This document shows positions 51,137 through 64,000 of a DNA stretch of 64,000 bases, one piece after another. How positions within the stretch are numbered: the first letter of the stretch is position 1; each line of letters starts with the position of its first letter. Location of the stretch: contig NC_135257.1 in NCBI RefSeq assembly GCF_964204865.1, positions 14,756,001 through 14,820,000 on the forward strand, read 5' to 3'. The stretch comes from Styela clava. Its lineage: Eukaryota. Below the pieces are notes generated by a model, which was given only the letters and a program-made list of their open reading frames with translations, did not search any database and was not told where the DNA came from. The translations under genes and the position numbers were made by a program.

Positions 51137-54100
51137 TTAATTTGGAAACTCTCTGTTGGGACAGCATGCTGGAGCAATGAGGGTCCATACATAGATTATG
51201 ATGACAGCCCAAGATGTTGCCACTCTTACCCACATAGATGCAGTATTTCCATTAAGATAGGCACTTTCGACGGTTTGGTCGCTTGAAGGTCTGTGTATAA
51301 ATAAATTTCCATTAGGTATGCTTAAACCCTAAGAATGATTTTTCCGAATCAGGGCTAGGGAGCTGCATAGAGATCTTAATGGCTCCATCTCCGAAGCCGC
51401 AGTATTTTCAAACGCTGGCTCAAGCCTAATTATTTCCATCTAATCACTGGGATCCAGCTTGGGCTCAACAGCCATTGAAGTTTTTTAGTATGGCCGTTAC
51501 CATGAAACATCAGTCCAAATGCAGTTTTGTGTAGTCTGGACTCAAAACTATGATACAAGGTTTTCAAATTCTGAAATTAAACCTTGAACATAGAAACTTA
51601 ACTTGAAACGTTTAAATTAATATTAGTAATTATGCTTATAGAAATAAGTATAAGATGACAAGGATAGTTTTCATTATCCGTATAAAGTATTAGAGAATTA
51701 TAAACATGAAGAAAAAATCCAAATTTTTCCACCCTAGTAAAACGTGATACTCACGCAAACCAGTTTGTCAGAGTCATCATCACATATAATGTTGTGAGAA
51801 AAAATATAAAATGAAAGAACGAGTAGGAATATGTAACACTATCCTCTTCATCATCAACAACTTGCTGTCCACCCTTATCTGATTCTGAAACTGATAGAAA
51901 CATGATTATGTTACACATATGCTATTAGAGGAGATGTAACGGCATTCCACAATGCAGTAAACATATATATAAAAGCAAATCTTGTGTTATTTTACAATAT
52001 GACAAGCTAAAAATATTTTAATATATCCATGTACCAGCCAATGATCGAAATAACATAAAAATACACAAAATATGAAATTTAAGTTGATTGGCATTTATAC
52101 ACTTGTATGTATTTCAATAGTCCCTACTCTGATGGCTTCAATAGTTAATTGAGAATCAAGTTGGACAGACAATGCTGCTATGAGTTTAAGGACCCAGACT
52201 TCAAACCGTTATTACTGTGTTTCATAATTCATTTCATCCATAAAGTATCACATGGCGAACCACAGCCTCTCGTCAGCTTACTAGTTTACGTCGGGTATAG
52301 AATTACTGTAGTCGACCAGTTGTTTGTTTTCAGATACATGGACTTGATATATCCTAAGCTTGAATAGTTGCTTGCACTGTTCACATTTGAAAGGTCATAA
52401 ATTCTACGAAGATCAACAAAATGAGGTTCTAATACTTGTTATACTATTAAACAATAAAACACACCAGCTCCGCTGTCATATCCACCAGCCATACAACAAC
52501 AACAGCAAGTTGCTTCTTCTGGATCAGGTGCCTTTCCGTGCAATGTTAGTCGCTCTTCTTCACTTGTTGTTCTCAAGCTGTTAAATTAAAAAATATTTCA
52601 TTATCTTAAAATATTCCACTTTGAATGGCAAATGAGGAACAGGAAAAATTTACATATATCCTTGGTCCATTTCCATACAAATTCTACTGGTATGTGAAGC
52701 AAATGCTCCTGGTTAATGTACTATGATAACAAGTTAAAATGCCATAACACCGTATTTTGGAAATTTCCAACTGTTGAAGTTTGAACATCATAAAATAGAT
52801 TCTTTAGTCATTTATGACCACACGAACATTTTATTGTATTCAGACAATATTTACACCAATAACGCTGCACCTACATTTACAGCCTATTTATTTGAATAGA
52901 TTTGTTTGATTGTCTGTTTTTTACCTTGTGTGCACTTTGAATAGTTAGATAAATAATAATAAGCCAACTTAGTCAATATAGTTACGGTAAGAAGTTTTAG
53001 TACAAAAGCAGTCTTACACAATATGATAGTCATTATTTGAAGTCATTTAGAATAGTGTCATATTTATACTTTTAAAAAAATGTAAATTCGATTGAGTAAA
53101 GTCTGAATTTCAGTAATACATATTAATAGCATGATATTGGGATAACCCTTTACTTCAAAAAAATTTGGAACCAAAAAAAATAGCACAAAATATAAAATTA
53201 GGAATGATGGAGTAATTTGAATAAATTCCTGTTTGAGTATAAAAATAAACTGCATACTCAACATTTAATAACGCCATTCGAATACATTCAACATGTTTTT
53301 ATTTTGACTGGTTTTACTCATAATTATGTTAACCATATTACTGCTTTTCTAAACTGAGGGTAAAATTAAAAAGCAAACTTACGATACATAGCAAACTGCA
53401 ACGAACACAAATGCTAAACCACCAGCAATCACCAGTTTATCAGATGTTGCTGTGCTAGATCCTTGGAAACATTCGAAAGGCTTACTTTGTTGCACACTTG
53501 AATTTGTAACAACACCTATAAAACATTGTTACTAGATCATTCAGTACGCAGGTGGAAATCACAAATCAAGTATCAAATTGTTGACACTCTCAAATTCGCT
53601 TGGATACCTGTCCATGTCAGGTATGAAATGAGTTAGCCAGTTATTTGTTTCAAATGTATGGACTTGAAGATGGAGGATGTGGCTGCATGAACGATGAGGA
53701 GAGCAGAAATCTTCTCATACATAATTATCCCCCATGGGATTTGAACCTGCGAACCCACTCTGGGTAATCAGAGGTGTGATGGTTGAGTGTATTCCCAAAA
53801 TTAAGCATGATGCGCCAACCCTTGACCCGCTTTTGCAAATCAACAGATCGCAAAAAATTATGATACAGAAAAGAATTTTCTCTTCAAAATTTGACGAACT
53901 ATTTTTTCACTACAAAAATTTTAAATCCAAATATTTTGAACTGAAGTATATAAAAGTTTAGATCAATAGATTTTCAAATATTTTCCAAATGAATTCAGAA
54001 CAAAAGGCAGTTTTATAATCCAGAAAAAACGTCATTACATTGGACTAACCATTGAAAATGCACAAAAGGAAGATGGTACAAGACAAAATTTTCAACTCGG

Positions 54101-57100
54101 AATTATATATTTTACTTTGAAGGCAGTAATTTCGATTATCTACAACTTCAAGTTTGAGGGAAATACCTCCCAATAATGACCATTATTTACTGAAAACTGT
54201 ATTGCTATTATTCATCATAATCACCAATGACGTTTTATAATCTTAATGTGACTCATGATTATGACTGGATGAAATTACGTAAATTGTCAAAGCTAATTGT
54301 ACTTTACAATACATAGGGCAAGCAAGTAATATTGTTTCAATGCTATATTGTTGAAACGGAAAATTTTATAAAGAAATATGAGCGCAATTTCATCGTTGTA
54401 CATAACAAAAAACAGAAGTGTTGCAAATTGCAATCTTTGGTATAAGCTTTGACTGACGTAATCTCTTTCCTATTAAATGAGAGTGAGGTCATGCGCAAAG
54501 GTAAAAGGTCTCTTCTAAATGCACTCAATCCTAATTTTTTAGCTGGAAAAATTTTATCAACATAGCGACATATTGTATAACATGTTCTGGTTGCTGTTAC
54601 GAACTGTTTAAATATTCTATGCTCTAAATAATTGAGTAGAAAAGAAAAAATTCTAGTTATTACAAATGATATGTTTTAAATAACAAGAAAATTGAATCTG
54701 ACAGACTTACGATATTCTCCTGGATTGCTGGAAACAGCGGATGCAGTGAGAAAACAAACATAGGCAGTTACAACAGACGCTTGAAGAAGACCTGATCGTG
54801 GTTGAACTGAAAATATAAATATGATTAAAATTGATAAAAAGGGAAACTACATTAAGCGAGGCAATCAATTGCCTTCGACATATGGATATAAATAAATAAA
54901 TAGTGGTTTCAATGAAAAGCACGATTTTACCATTATAAGCCAAAACAAATATCCAATTTTATAATCAGTTACAGAATTTTTTATTTTTGTGCCGCCAAAT
55001 GCACATAAAAATACGCCTATATTGATAACATGTTATATTAGACTTGCTAATAGCACCTTGAAGAATCTCAATATTGATAAGCAGAACTGCTTTTGAGTGA
55101 GTTTTGAGTTAAAATGGAAATGGCAATGGTAGAAAACACCAAGTGGTCTCTTCTTGACAAAAAAAAACTTCGGGGAGATTGTAGACTGGAAAAAAAGGTA
55201 TAAAATAAACAGTAATACCTTTTTGAATACAAGGTGATACTGCTAGAATTGAGATCAATATAGAAAGAGTGAAGTTAACACCGATGAAAGCTTTATTAGC
55301 GGTACATCCTCCTGCATCTGTGTAAAATACGATGAGTAGCACATACCCCACCACAGCAACAGTAAAAAATAGAATAGACATCAGAAGGAGAGCTGAAAAA
55401 TAGAATTAGGGGGTTAGGTCTTCGTTTAAGTCGATGTAGCAATTAAACCCTTTTTTATTTGGATAATTCTAAACTAAATAAATCCTATGCAATATTATAT
55501 TAACTGAATGGTTAATTTTTTACTGTTTAATTTCATTACGTTTGATTCCATATTAAAATGAACAACCTTGTTAACATTGTCATATTGAATCAGATGCGAT
55601 CAAAGTATTAAAACACAAATGATGATACAGACTGTCACAAAAACACAGTGATACAATTTTAATAAAATTATAGCATTGACTATTCAGATGAAATAGCCAT
55701 ATTTTTATTGTATTATTTGCAAATCAAATTTGCAAAAAATTCATATGCTTGCCTATTTGTTCATATCTCTACAACAATGATTTTGTGACGAATCGGGAAA
55801 CATTAACAACGAATACAAATTTCTGAAGTATATGGACACGACAGAAACAATGTTGACTGTTACATTAAAATAAAATTTACAAAATCTTACCAACAAACCA
55901 GCACTTATTCTTCTCAACTCCCACAAGCCAAGAAGAATTCCAAGTATGCGCAAAATCGACCAGTAAAATTAATTGAATTAAGATGAAAAGGACACCACCA
56001 ATCATACCAATGTACATCCAAACCTCAAGTGAAAAATATGTACAATTAAAAACTTTTCTAATAATTGGGAAAGCAGATGTTCGTCATACTTCAACATTAA
56101 AAAAACAATAATCTCAACAATTCAAATTCGAATCAGATTTCTTTTTTAATCCCTCGAAAATATTTTAATAAGTGACCTATTGTGGCTTGAAAGTTGAGAA
56201 AGTTCTGTGCCGAAAATATCTATAAATGATTAGTTAGACATCGTAACACTGAGTTGCTATCAATTGTTACTGTCCTAAATTTCATATGATAATCAGGGGC
56301 AGACACCTGGGGGTACGATGGGAGAGTGCCCCCTTCTTTACCTAAAGCAGTATTCTTTGCAATTTCAAAAAAGAAGCATTTTTGGCGCTCCCATAGTATG
56401 TGTACCAGGTTAGGGTTAGGCCATAATTTTATTCCAATTTTCCTTATTTTAGTTCTATTACAAGTTTGGGGACTAGTCAAATGACTCCTGTAGTATTTGT
56501 AACTGAAATTATGGCCTAACCCCAACCTGGTGCTACATTCCGATGTCCGCCATCTTGATGCACATACTACGAGAGTACCCATTATTTTAATTAACTCATA
56601 ATTTTAATACTAATTCAACTCTGGATTGAAGCTCAAATATCAGAAACGCAATTCCATGTTAGTTACAATACCGAATACAAACAATTCACCTTTAAAAACA
56701 GTTGAGCATCAGGAATGAAAAATGCACCAACGCATAATCCAACAAGTGCAAGGAATTTGAAGAACCAAAATCTGCATAGATGAAAACACATTTAAGTTTA
56801 CCTGGTATTTAATTCAATCACCTGTTTATTCATAATCTATTTATTCAAAAAAATTCCATCAGCTGTTAAAATAACTGTACTGAATGTCATATGAAATATT
56901 TATAAAAAAAAATAGCACAAGTTGGGATAATAATCAGAATTAAAAAAAATAGAAAAATTAGGGGGGGATAAACAGGCCCCATATTAAGAGTCAGAGAAAA
57001 TGCAAGAATAAAATGAAAGTAATAGCCTTCTCGTGACTTCTTACTGGGTATTTGAAATCGATTTGTCCATTAGGTGCAAATAAAAGAGAGTTTTCACGAC

Positions 57101-58989
57101 CCTAACAACAACAACAATTTAGCAAAATGATCAATCGGCCCACTTTATGCCCAATAATTATCCTCGTATACCCACCCATTTTGTAATCCAGCTCGACAAT
57201 CTTTCGTATTTTTTATTCCGAAAGTTAAAATCATCATCAGGAAGAAGAAACAAGCCATTCCAAACATTACTTTATAAACAGCTTCATATCCGATTAACAT
57301 TTTGCATTTTTCAGCACCTATGCTGTCACAAATCTCCTTGTAGAATGGAATCTGTAAAGCAAAATAGAGAACAAAAATAAGATCTATATTTCATCTCATT
57401 TCATTAGGGATGGCATTCTGAAATTCTAACTTGCGATTCATTTCAAATAATTGGAATGGTCAATCACCTGTCCACTGCGTCAATAAAAAAAATTTAAAGA
57501 AAAATTTGAAAAATTATTAATGCCTGATTCCTAAAAAGAAAAAAGAGCAATTTTCATTAATTTCATATATAGACCATCAAATTTATGTCAATTTTTAGAA
57601 ACAAAGTGTACATATGGATCGTTTCGTTATAATGGTGTTGCTGTTGTTGGTATTTTTTCCTCCTTATCGTTGTGGAAGGAATCACTTTTCCATTACTGAT
57701 CCAATTGATTTGAAATTTTCAGTGATTAATTTAGGATTGTATTTTTTACTAGAAGGCTATTCTTTTATTTATTTCGAAACTTTCTGTGGGCCCTAAGGGA
57801 TTTGTTTTCACTTCGAAATTTTGTGTGTTGACCTTTTCAAAATTAATACAAATTTATTGTAGTAGTTCAGCGTCCCCCTCCATTCTACGCAAAAGTCAAG
57901 GAGTTTTTTGACCAAGGGTAGTCTACTGTACTTTGTGTCCATATATTTGAGCATCGCTTTCTTGCTTTTTAAGAAATGAAATCTTTAGTCATAATTTAGA
58001 TGGTTAACTCAATATACCAAACATGATAATAAACTGGAAAATATAGTCTGCTCTTTAGTTATAATGCTAAAGGAACAAGCTTAATAAAAATATACACACC
58101 TTCTGCAGACCGTCTTGCACAGCAGAGGAGAGCATAGCTATACTGACTCCAGTCACAAGAACTAAGAAGAATGTGTACATAAGTCGAGTTCCTGTGGATG
58201 TCTTGATGCTGGGTAGGCATGCACAGCATAGTGAACATGCTGCCGAGCCAAAGCAGCATGCAAGCTAGATTGAAAAAAAATGCGTTTCGTTATGTATGAA
58301 TTATGAAGTTATTGTTATTGTGAATCTCAATCATACCAACTGGCAATACCAATTTCAGTTGTGTGATTATCTAGAATTAGGCATCCCAATTAATTTAAAA
58401 AATTAGAAAAGACTAGCTTGTTGATATCTGACAAATAATTGGTAAAATTTGATTTAAATCAACATTTCACTAGAAAATTGAGAAATATAACATTTTTTTT
58501 GCTTAATTATTTTCATCTTTAAAAATCAAATTTTATTCAACCAAATCAATATAAAAGCCAAAGATTTTTAACAATTTCAGATTTATCTATTAATAAATAG
58601 ACTGCAGTAATTGTAATAATTTAAATTTTAAGAATCCTTGATTATTCATTGGTGGGTGCTCCCGAAGTATGCGAACCAAGATGGCGGACATCGGAACGTA
58701 ACATGGGTGACAGGTTAGGGTTAGGCGATAATTTTTTTCCAATTTTCCTTATTTTAGTCCTATTATCAGTTCGAAGACTAGCCAAGAGCCTCCCGTAGTA
58801 TTTATACCTAAAATTATGGCCTAACCCTAACCTAGTATACATATTACATTCCGATGTCCGCCATCTTGGTTCGCATACTTCGGGAGCCCCCATTGGTATA
58901 TGCTTTTTCAGTAAAACATTTTGCCAAACTTGTGTTTTAAGTCAACAGTACAAAACAAAATGAATTGAACATACCGATCCAAGACACAT
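51137..58989 (-). CDS. SERINC5: Serine incorporator, SERINC5/4-like, 11 coding exons
   Basis: MCLGS|[14 protein letters not shown]...TRLMY, RAGLQNG|[49 protein letters not shown] and terminal [16 protein letters not shown]; exon phases are consistent throughout. Confidence 0.93.
53605..53830 (-). mobile_element. tRNA-derived SINE copy
   Basis: CATAATTATCCCCATGGGATTTGAACCTGCGAACCCAC...AATCAGAGGTGTGATGG. Confidence 0.7.
56384..56579. mobile_element. Member of the YY1/telomere-motif MITE family
   Basis: CCAGGTTAGGGTTAGGCCATAATTTT ... TTATGGCCTAACCCCAACC ... CATTCCGATGTCCGCCATCTTG. Confidence 0.8.
57612..57970 (+). repeat. Unclassified interspersed repeat with a (TTG)n head; inverted relatives at about 57050-57120 and 59040-59505
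   Basis: ATGGATCGTTT..TGTTGTTG..CCAATT..TTTG.AATTTTCAGTG shared with the reverse complement of 59395-59503. Confidence 0.55.
58655..58890. mobile_element. 236-bp MITE, near-identical to 20495-20730
   Basis: About 8 substitutions relative to the 20495 copy by manual count; near-TSD CATTGGTG/CATTGGTA. Confidence 0.9.
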
Positions 58990-59654
58990 TTTTGTCTTCA
59001 AAATGCTGTTGAGAAAATGTTAAAATACTAACTGTTTTCTAATGTTATACCTAAATCAAGGAGAAGAGGTAGAAAAAATTAGAAGCGTTACTATCCAAAA
59101 TAATACACTCTAGTAGCAACATAAAATAATATAGTGAACAACCAAATCTAAAAAAATAATTTCCAAGCAGATTCACATAATTCCATATAAGACAATTGTC
59201 ACTTTTAGCTAAGAGAAGATTACAGTAGGTTATATTGAGCTGAGATATATTGAAAAATTGAAAGGCACTTAAACAGGAAAGTTTGCTATCTCGGAACCAC
59301 CACACGATGCACAATTTTTATGACAATATCACACAAAATGAATCCCATAGAACCCACATAAATTTTAAAAATAAATAAAAATAATAGCCCCCTAGCGACA
59401 ACAACAATCTTTAACCACTGAAAATTACAAAGTAATTGGTCCAATAGGCTAGTTATTAAAGAGTAAAGAGAGTTTTCCACAACAACAACAAAACGATCCA
59501 TAGATTCACTTTGTGTCCCGTAAAAGAGATTTTGATCAAAACATTTAATTTCAACTTCATTTCCAGGGAATTTAAAACTGTGACTCTGGTTTCAGTAAAA
59601 GTATGCTAAACTCAAAACTCCGCAGGCCTGCTGGTAACCAGTAATGAAAATATG

Positions 59655-61847
59655 TCATTCAACAACTATTTCAGATGATACATCTAATATATTATGATCT
59701 TCAGCATCATTCTCAATTGAAATATAAACGTTTTCTGCAGTATCATCACATGGCACCATATCAAATGTAAAAGTTGGTGCTACCGTGTCATTGGTATCAG
59801 ATTCTGACATGACATGCATGAAAGTTTTTTCAATTTCAGTCTTTTTGATCATCCCTAATGAAATTTTGCAGGCCATGATATGGTGACATAATGGTCCAAA
59901 CAAACAGGTGCAAATCTCTTTTGGAAATAAAGCAACAACATATGTGCATTTTTTCTCAATAACACTGAAAGATCTAGTCTTCGGGCATAAAGAAATGTTT
60001 TGGGGGTCAATACTAAGTGCGAGATGATATGACTCTGTTCCAATCATTTGATTTAGCTTTCTAGAAGAAGTTGGTATTGAATACTGGTACTGCATTTTAG
60101 GATTTCTATAACCACTAGCAAAAATTTTATCCAATTGTCTTTTGTTTGGCTGTAACTCTTGATCACTAAAATTGAATATCCTGCGTGCAAAATATGAGGA
60201 TATTTCATGGAGTTTTAATGCATTGCATTGTAAATGGACCATTGCATCCATAGGCGAACTATCTAATTTTTCCAAATGATTAACGATTGTTGAAAAGGGT
60301 TCAGATAATAAAAAATTTGATAGGTCTCTAAAGTTGGCACCGTTGTTTTCAAATGAAACTGATACATTTTCGACATCTGCCAACTTCGGTACAAACTTGC
60401 AAATAGTGGACCATATAACATCTCGATTGGTATTGGGAGAAGTTTTATGTATAAAAAACATGATTGGAATGCCGCCATCAACATAATAAGCATGATGATA
60501 AATCAATGCACGAGATTCATATTTACCTACTGAAACAGATTTAAAAGTAAATTTTTGTTCTTCGGACAATGATATTAAACATAATAAAGATGAAAATAAT
60601 TCAAATATAACGTTACTATAAAGCATTATGAATAAATCCGGATGTGGATTAATATGGGTTTTAAAGGAAGTGTTTAATGATGTAGCATCCATCTTTTTCA
60701 AAATTTCACATATTAACTTTTGTTTTTTCTTCTGTGTTTTTTGTAAATAATGTATCTGTGATGCATTCCTTGGTATAGAAACATGGAATTCCATTGAGCG
60801 AGGATTCATTGATGTTACCAATTTGTCATATATTTCACCTGGATCACCAACAGAATTCCTACAAGCCTCTAATACTGATTTTCGAGTCATAGAAAAGGGC
60901 GTATTACTACGTCGACAGTTACCATGTGGGAATCTGCCTGCAATGGTGTGATCGCCTTTGTATAAAACAATGACTATGTTTGGAAAATCTTGACATTGAT
61001 GGGCGATTCTTTGAAAACCTTTGCTTGATTGTTTTGGTCCAGTGAAAACATTGAAATAAATCTTTTTAATCAAGTGACCATTGCATTTGATATTCTTCGC
61101 TCCATTTTGTCGCCATCGATATCCATCTGCTCGCCAGTCCTCTGAATGAATGAATAAAATATAAACTATAATTTATGTTACTCTTGCAACAAATATTTGA
61201 GAACAGAATCAAATCCAAAATGAAAGGAATACTCAAACCAATTCAAAATTTGATATAATCAATATTATTTATTTCGAAATCGTTAATCAGAACTATTACT
61301 GTAATGTGCGATATTGAAAATTGTAGAAAATAGAAAACTGGTCAAATCATATAGAAGAATACATTCGTAAGACTGGAAAGTAGATTATTCAGTTTTGATG
61401 ATAGCAATCAGCTTTAGTGATTATTAATTCAAGGTCAAAAATGAATTCAACATTCAAAAAAAAACTTCCAAACAAAACAATTTTCGCAAGTGAATGGATT
61501 CTTAGAAAGATAAAAAGGGGGCTGGTTTTTTAAGCGAAAATCTAACAATTATACAATTCCCGAGGAATTTGAAATTTTTAATTTTCGTAATTTCTGTACT
61601 TGTACTCACTATTGAGATATTGAAAAATAATAGAGGTCCTATCTTTGAAGAGTAACTTCGTCAATACTGCTAGGGTACCATACATGAAAGTTTACTAACG
61701 TTTCTTGCTTTTATTTTCAGCAGAACTGAATGCATAGCATGTCCCAGCTTGTGGCAACATTGGGGGATCTGCAAGTAATTGTTCTTTTCCACAGTAAACT
61801 CGTTCAAAAAATTCCACAATAGTCTGGTTTTCCTTGACTTTTCCCAT
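59655..61847 (-). CDS. MULE-transposase-derived protein A (CG-1/WRKY-GCM1-like N-domain, degenerate core, SWIM finger), about 544 aa; complement(join(59655..61141,61700..61847))
   Basis: Exon 1 ...PPMLPQAGTCYAFSS..KK joins through a phase-1 intron to QDWRADGYRWRQNG..KKIYF..LYKGD..FPHGN..PRNASQI; C-terminal CTCLFGPLCHHI fits the SWIM CxC-xn-CxH pattern. Confidence 0.8.
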
Positions 61848-62291
61848 AATTCTGCAATCTGATACGCCAGTTTATCAATATCTAATTCTGACAGTGCCGT
61901 GTTTTATCCTCTAGCTAGCCAAATAGCCTACACCCAAAGATATGATTTCATAATTAAGCCGAAAGACAAACTAATTTACGACGCAATGTACTACATCAGT
62001 ACATTATTCCTTCGCTATTTCGACTATAAATAGATTAGTGAAATAAAACAACAACACAAGGACAAAAAAATAACTACTTTTACAGAAACAAAACATAAAA
62101 CTGTCACGTGAATCCGTGAATCATGAGCGACGCGAAACAGCGAAATAACGTTACGGTAATTGTCGGGTGCCTTGTCTTCATCAAAGTGACTCCTGTAATA
62201 TACCAGTAGTCACTTCGGTCTTCATATAAGTTACGGTATCTATTCAGCGGTATTTTTTTCGTTTGTTTGTAAAATGTAGAAAATCTGAATA
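61848..62291. promoter_or_regulatory. 444-bp bidirectional promoter between the two MULE-derived paralogs
   Basis: Divergent ATGs at 61847 and 62292; contains the E-box GTCACGTGA (62103-62111) and two copies of GTTACGGTA. Confidence 0.55.
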
Positions 62292-64000
62292 ATGGACGAA
62301 GTACAAAATTTCACGGCAACAGATGCATTGACGTTCATGGGAGAAGTTTCGAGTGGGTTGAAAACTTCCAGCGATGTTCCGATCGTTCTTGCAGGTGGTG
62401 GAACATGCTATGCATTTTGCAGCTTGGAAAATCCACGAAAGAGAGGTAAGCACGTCTTTGTTTTTTGTTATCATGCTTATGTATGTGTTTTTCTAAGTAC
62501 AATCAAATTTATGTTGTTGTTTTATCTTGATCGGTGATGAATGTGTTTTTCCCCCTTAACACCTCCCATTACTGCATTACCAGCACTCTCATTTATACTT
62601 TATACGTCATAGTTATATTGGAATTCATGTACTTTGAGATTTTAAATGACATCACTGATAATTTCATCCACAGAGTCAGGTGCAAAGAACATGTGAAAAG
62701 TTGAAAGCCAATTCTGGCTTTGATATCATTGAGATCCATTGAGCATGACAGTCCGAAAATATATTTAATCACAATAATTTTCTTATTTTGTTTACAGATG
62801 ACTGGAAGGCAGATGGGTATCGTTGGCGACATACTGGCAAGGCCAAAATTAAAATTAATAACACTGTAATTCGCAAAACATACTTCAGTGTATTCTCAGC
62901 TCCAAAAATTTACACCTCTAATTTTCGTCGAATATCTCACGAATGTGATGAATATCCCCACATTGTTATAGTCTATTACAAAGGAGATAGTTCAGTGGCT
63001 GGTAACTTTCCTCATGGCAACAGGAGATGTGGTTCAAAGCCGTTTATCAGAACATGTCCATCTGTTTTGTTGTCATGTAAATATGCAAAAGGCGCCCCTT
63101 CAACGATATATCACAGCATGATCAAATCCACGTCTAATGAGAATGACTGTGCTATCGGAACTCAATTATCTTTACCTAGAGATATTTTACAAGTTGCCAA
63201 TGTCAAAAAGTACATGAGAAAAAAACGCAGGCTTACTCTTAGTGCAATAAGAGAATTACAAAATGAAGATGTGGAAAAATTCATCATTGATATTTCATGT
63301 CAAGATGATAGTTTATGTGCGGTTGTGTATCAAGAAGAAAGGTGTCATAAAATTAATTCACTTTTGTCCAGACTTCCACTGCCGGATGGGACAACATTGA
63401 CATACTGTTTGTGTTCTCATTTTAAAGACTATAATATAAATGTTCTTTTGTGTGAACACCAGGATTCAATTATAATTCATCTTTTGTTTTTCATACATCA
63501 TTCAAAATCTACAATTAATTTGGAATCGATATGGGAAATAGCAAATAAGAAAATCCCAAAATTGTCATTACAAAATATTATATTGGAAAAGAATGATGAG
63601 CACTTGTGGATGACTACACAGAAGACATATTTTGACTTTTCTCCTTTTATATCTGTCATAGAAAAATTAAAAATGTGGGATGATAATCCATGTGATGCAA
63701 TTGATGACCTGCAATGTACTGCAAAGCATCTTCACAATCTTTCATTATATTATCGTTCTTCAGCAAAAAATTTACATTCAAAAATGAACAAGCATGGGAA
63801 ATATCGAATCAATGATAAGTTTACTGGATTATTAGACTTGATGCAAGATGATGTTCTTCTTTGTTGTACTCCAACCTTTGAAGAAGCTACGGCATACGTT
63901 CAAAAAGCTTTTTCGACAAATCGTAACGCAGATAAACTGAACTACAATCCACTTGAGCTCGCCCGAAATATCATTGACAGAAATGGAATAGAATTTAAAT
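62292..64000 (+). CDS. MULE-transposase-derived protein B, 3'-partial; join(62292..62445,62798..>64000)
   Basis: Exon 1 ...GGTCYAFCS..RKR joins through a phase-1 intron to DDWKADGYRWRHTG..RKTYF..YYKGD..FPHGN..FIRTCPSVL..PRDILQV..FFIH..IW..IPKL..LQCTA. The frame is open to the window end; exon 2 is missing from the ORF track. Confidence 0.82.

Overview
AT-rich, intron-containing animal genomic DNA, not prokaryotic. The gene content, compact introns and acceptor sites just upstream of start codons suggest an invertebrate chordate such as an ascidian (inference only). Eight protein-coding genes can be rebuilt from splice signals. In order: a MYORG-like GH31 type II membrane protein (+) that has lost its catalytic Asp residues; two tandem FAM3/ILEI paralogs with intronless CDSs (-); a complete multi-exon strawberry notch/SBNO gene (-) containing a U12-type minor intron; a 3-exon SERF gene (+) that the ORF track misses; a SERINC5/4-like gene (-) convergent with SERF; and a head-to-head pair of Mutator(MULE)-transposase-derived paralogs with an intact CG-1/WRKY-GCM1-like DNA-binding domain but no DDE catalytic residues. 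One of the pair has a SWIM finger and the other runs off the window. Introns and intergenic DNA carry many non-autonomous DNA transposons (hAT-type with 8-bp TSDs including a nested pair, a TTAA piggyBac-like element, a palindromic MITE with YY1-like and telomere-like motifs), a tRNA-derived SINE family and small tandem repeats. The best novelty candidates are the domesticated MULE gene pair and the GH31 pseudo-glycosidase. All homolog comparisons are from recalled sequences; no searches were run.
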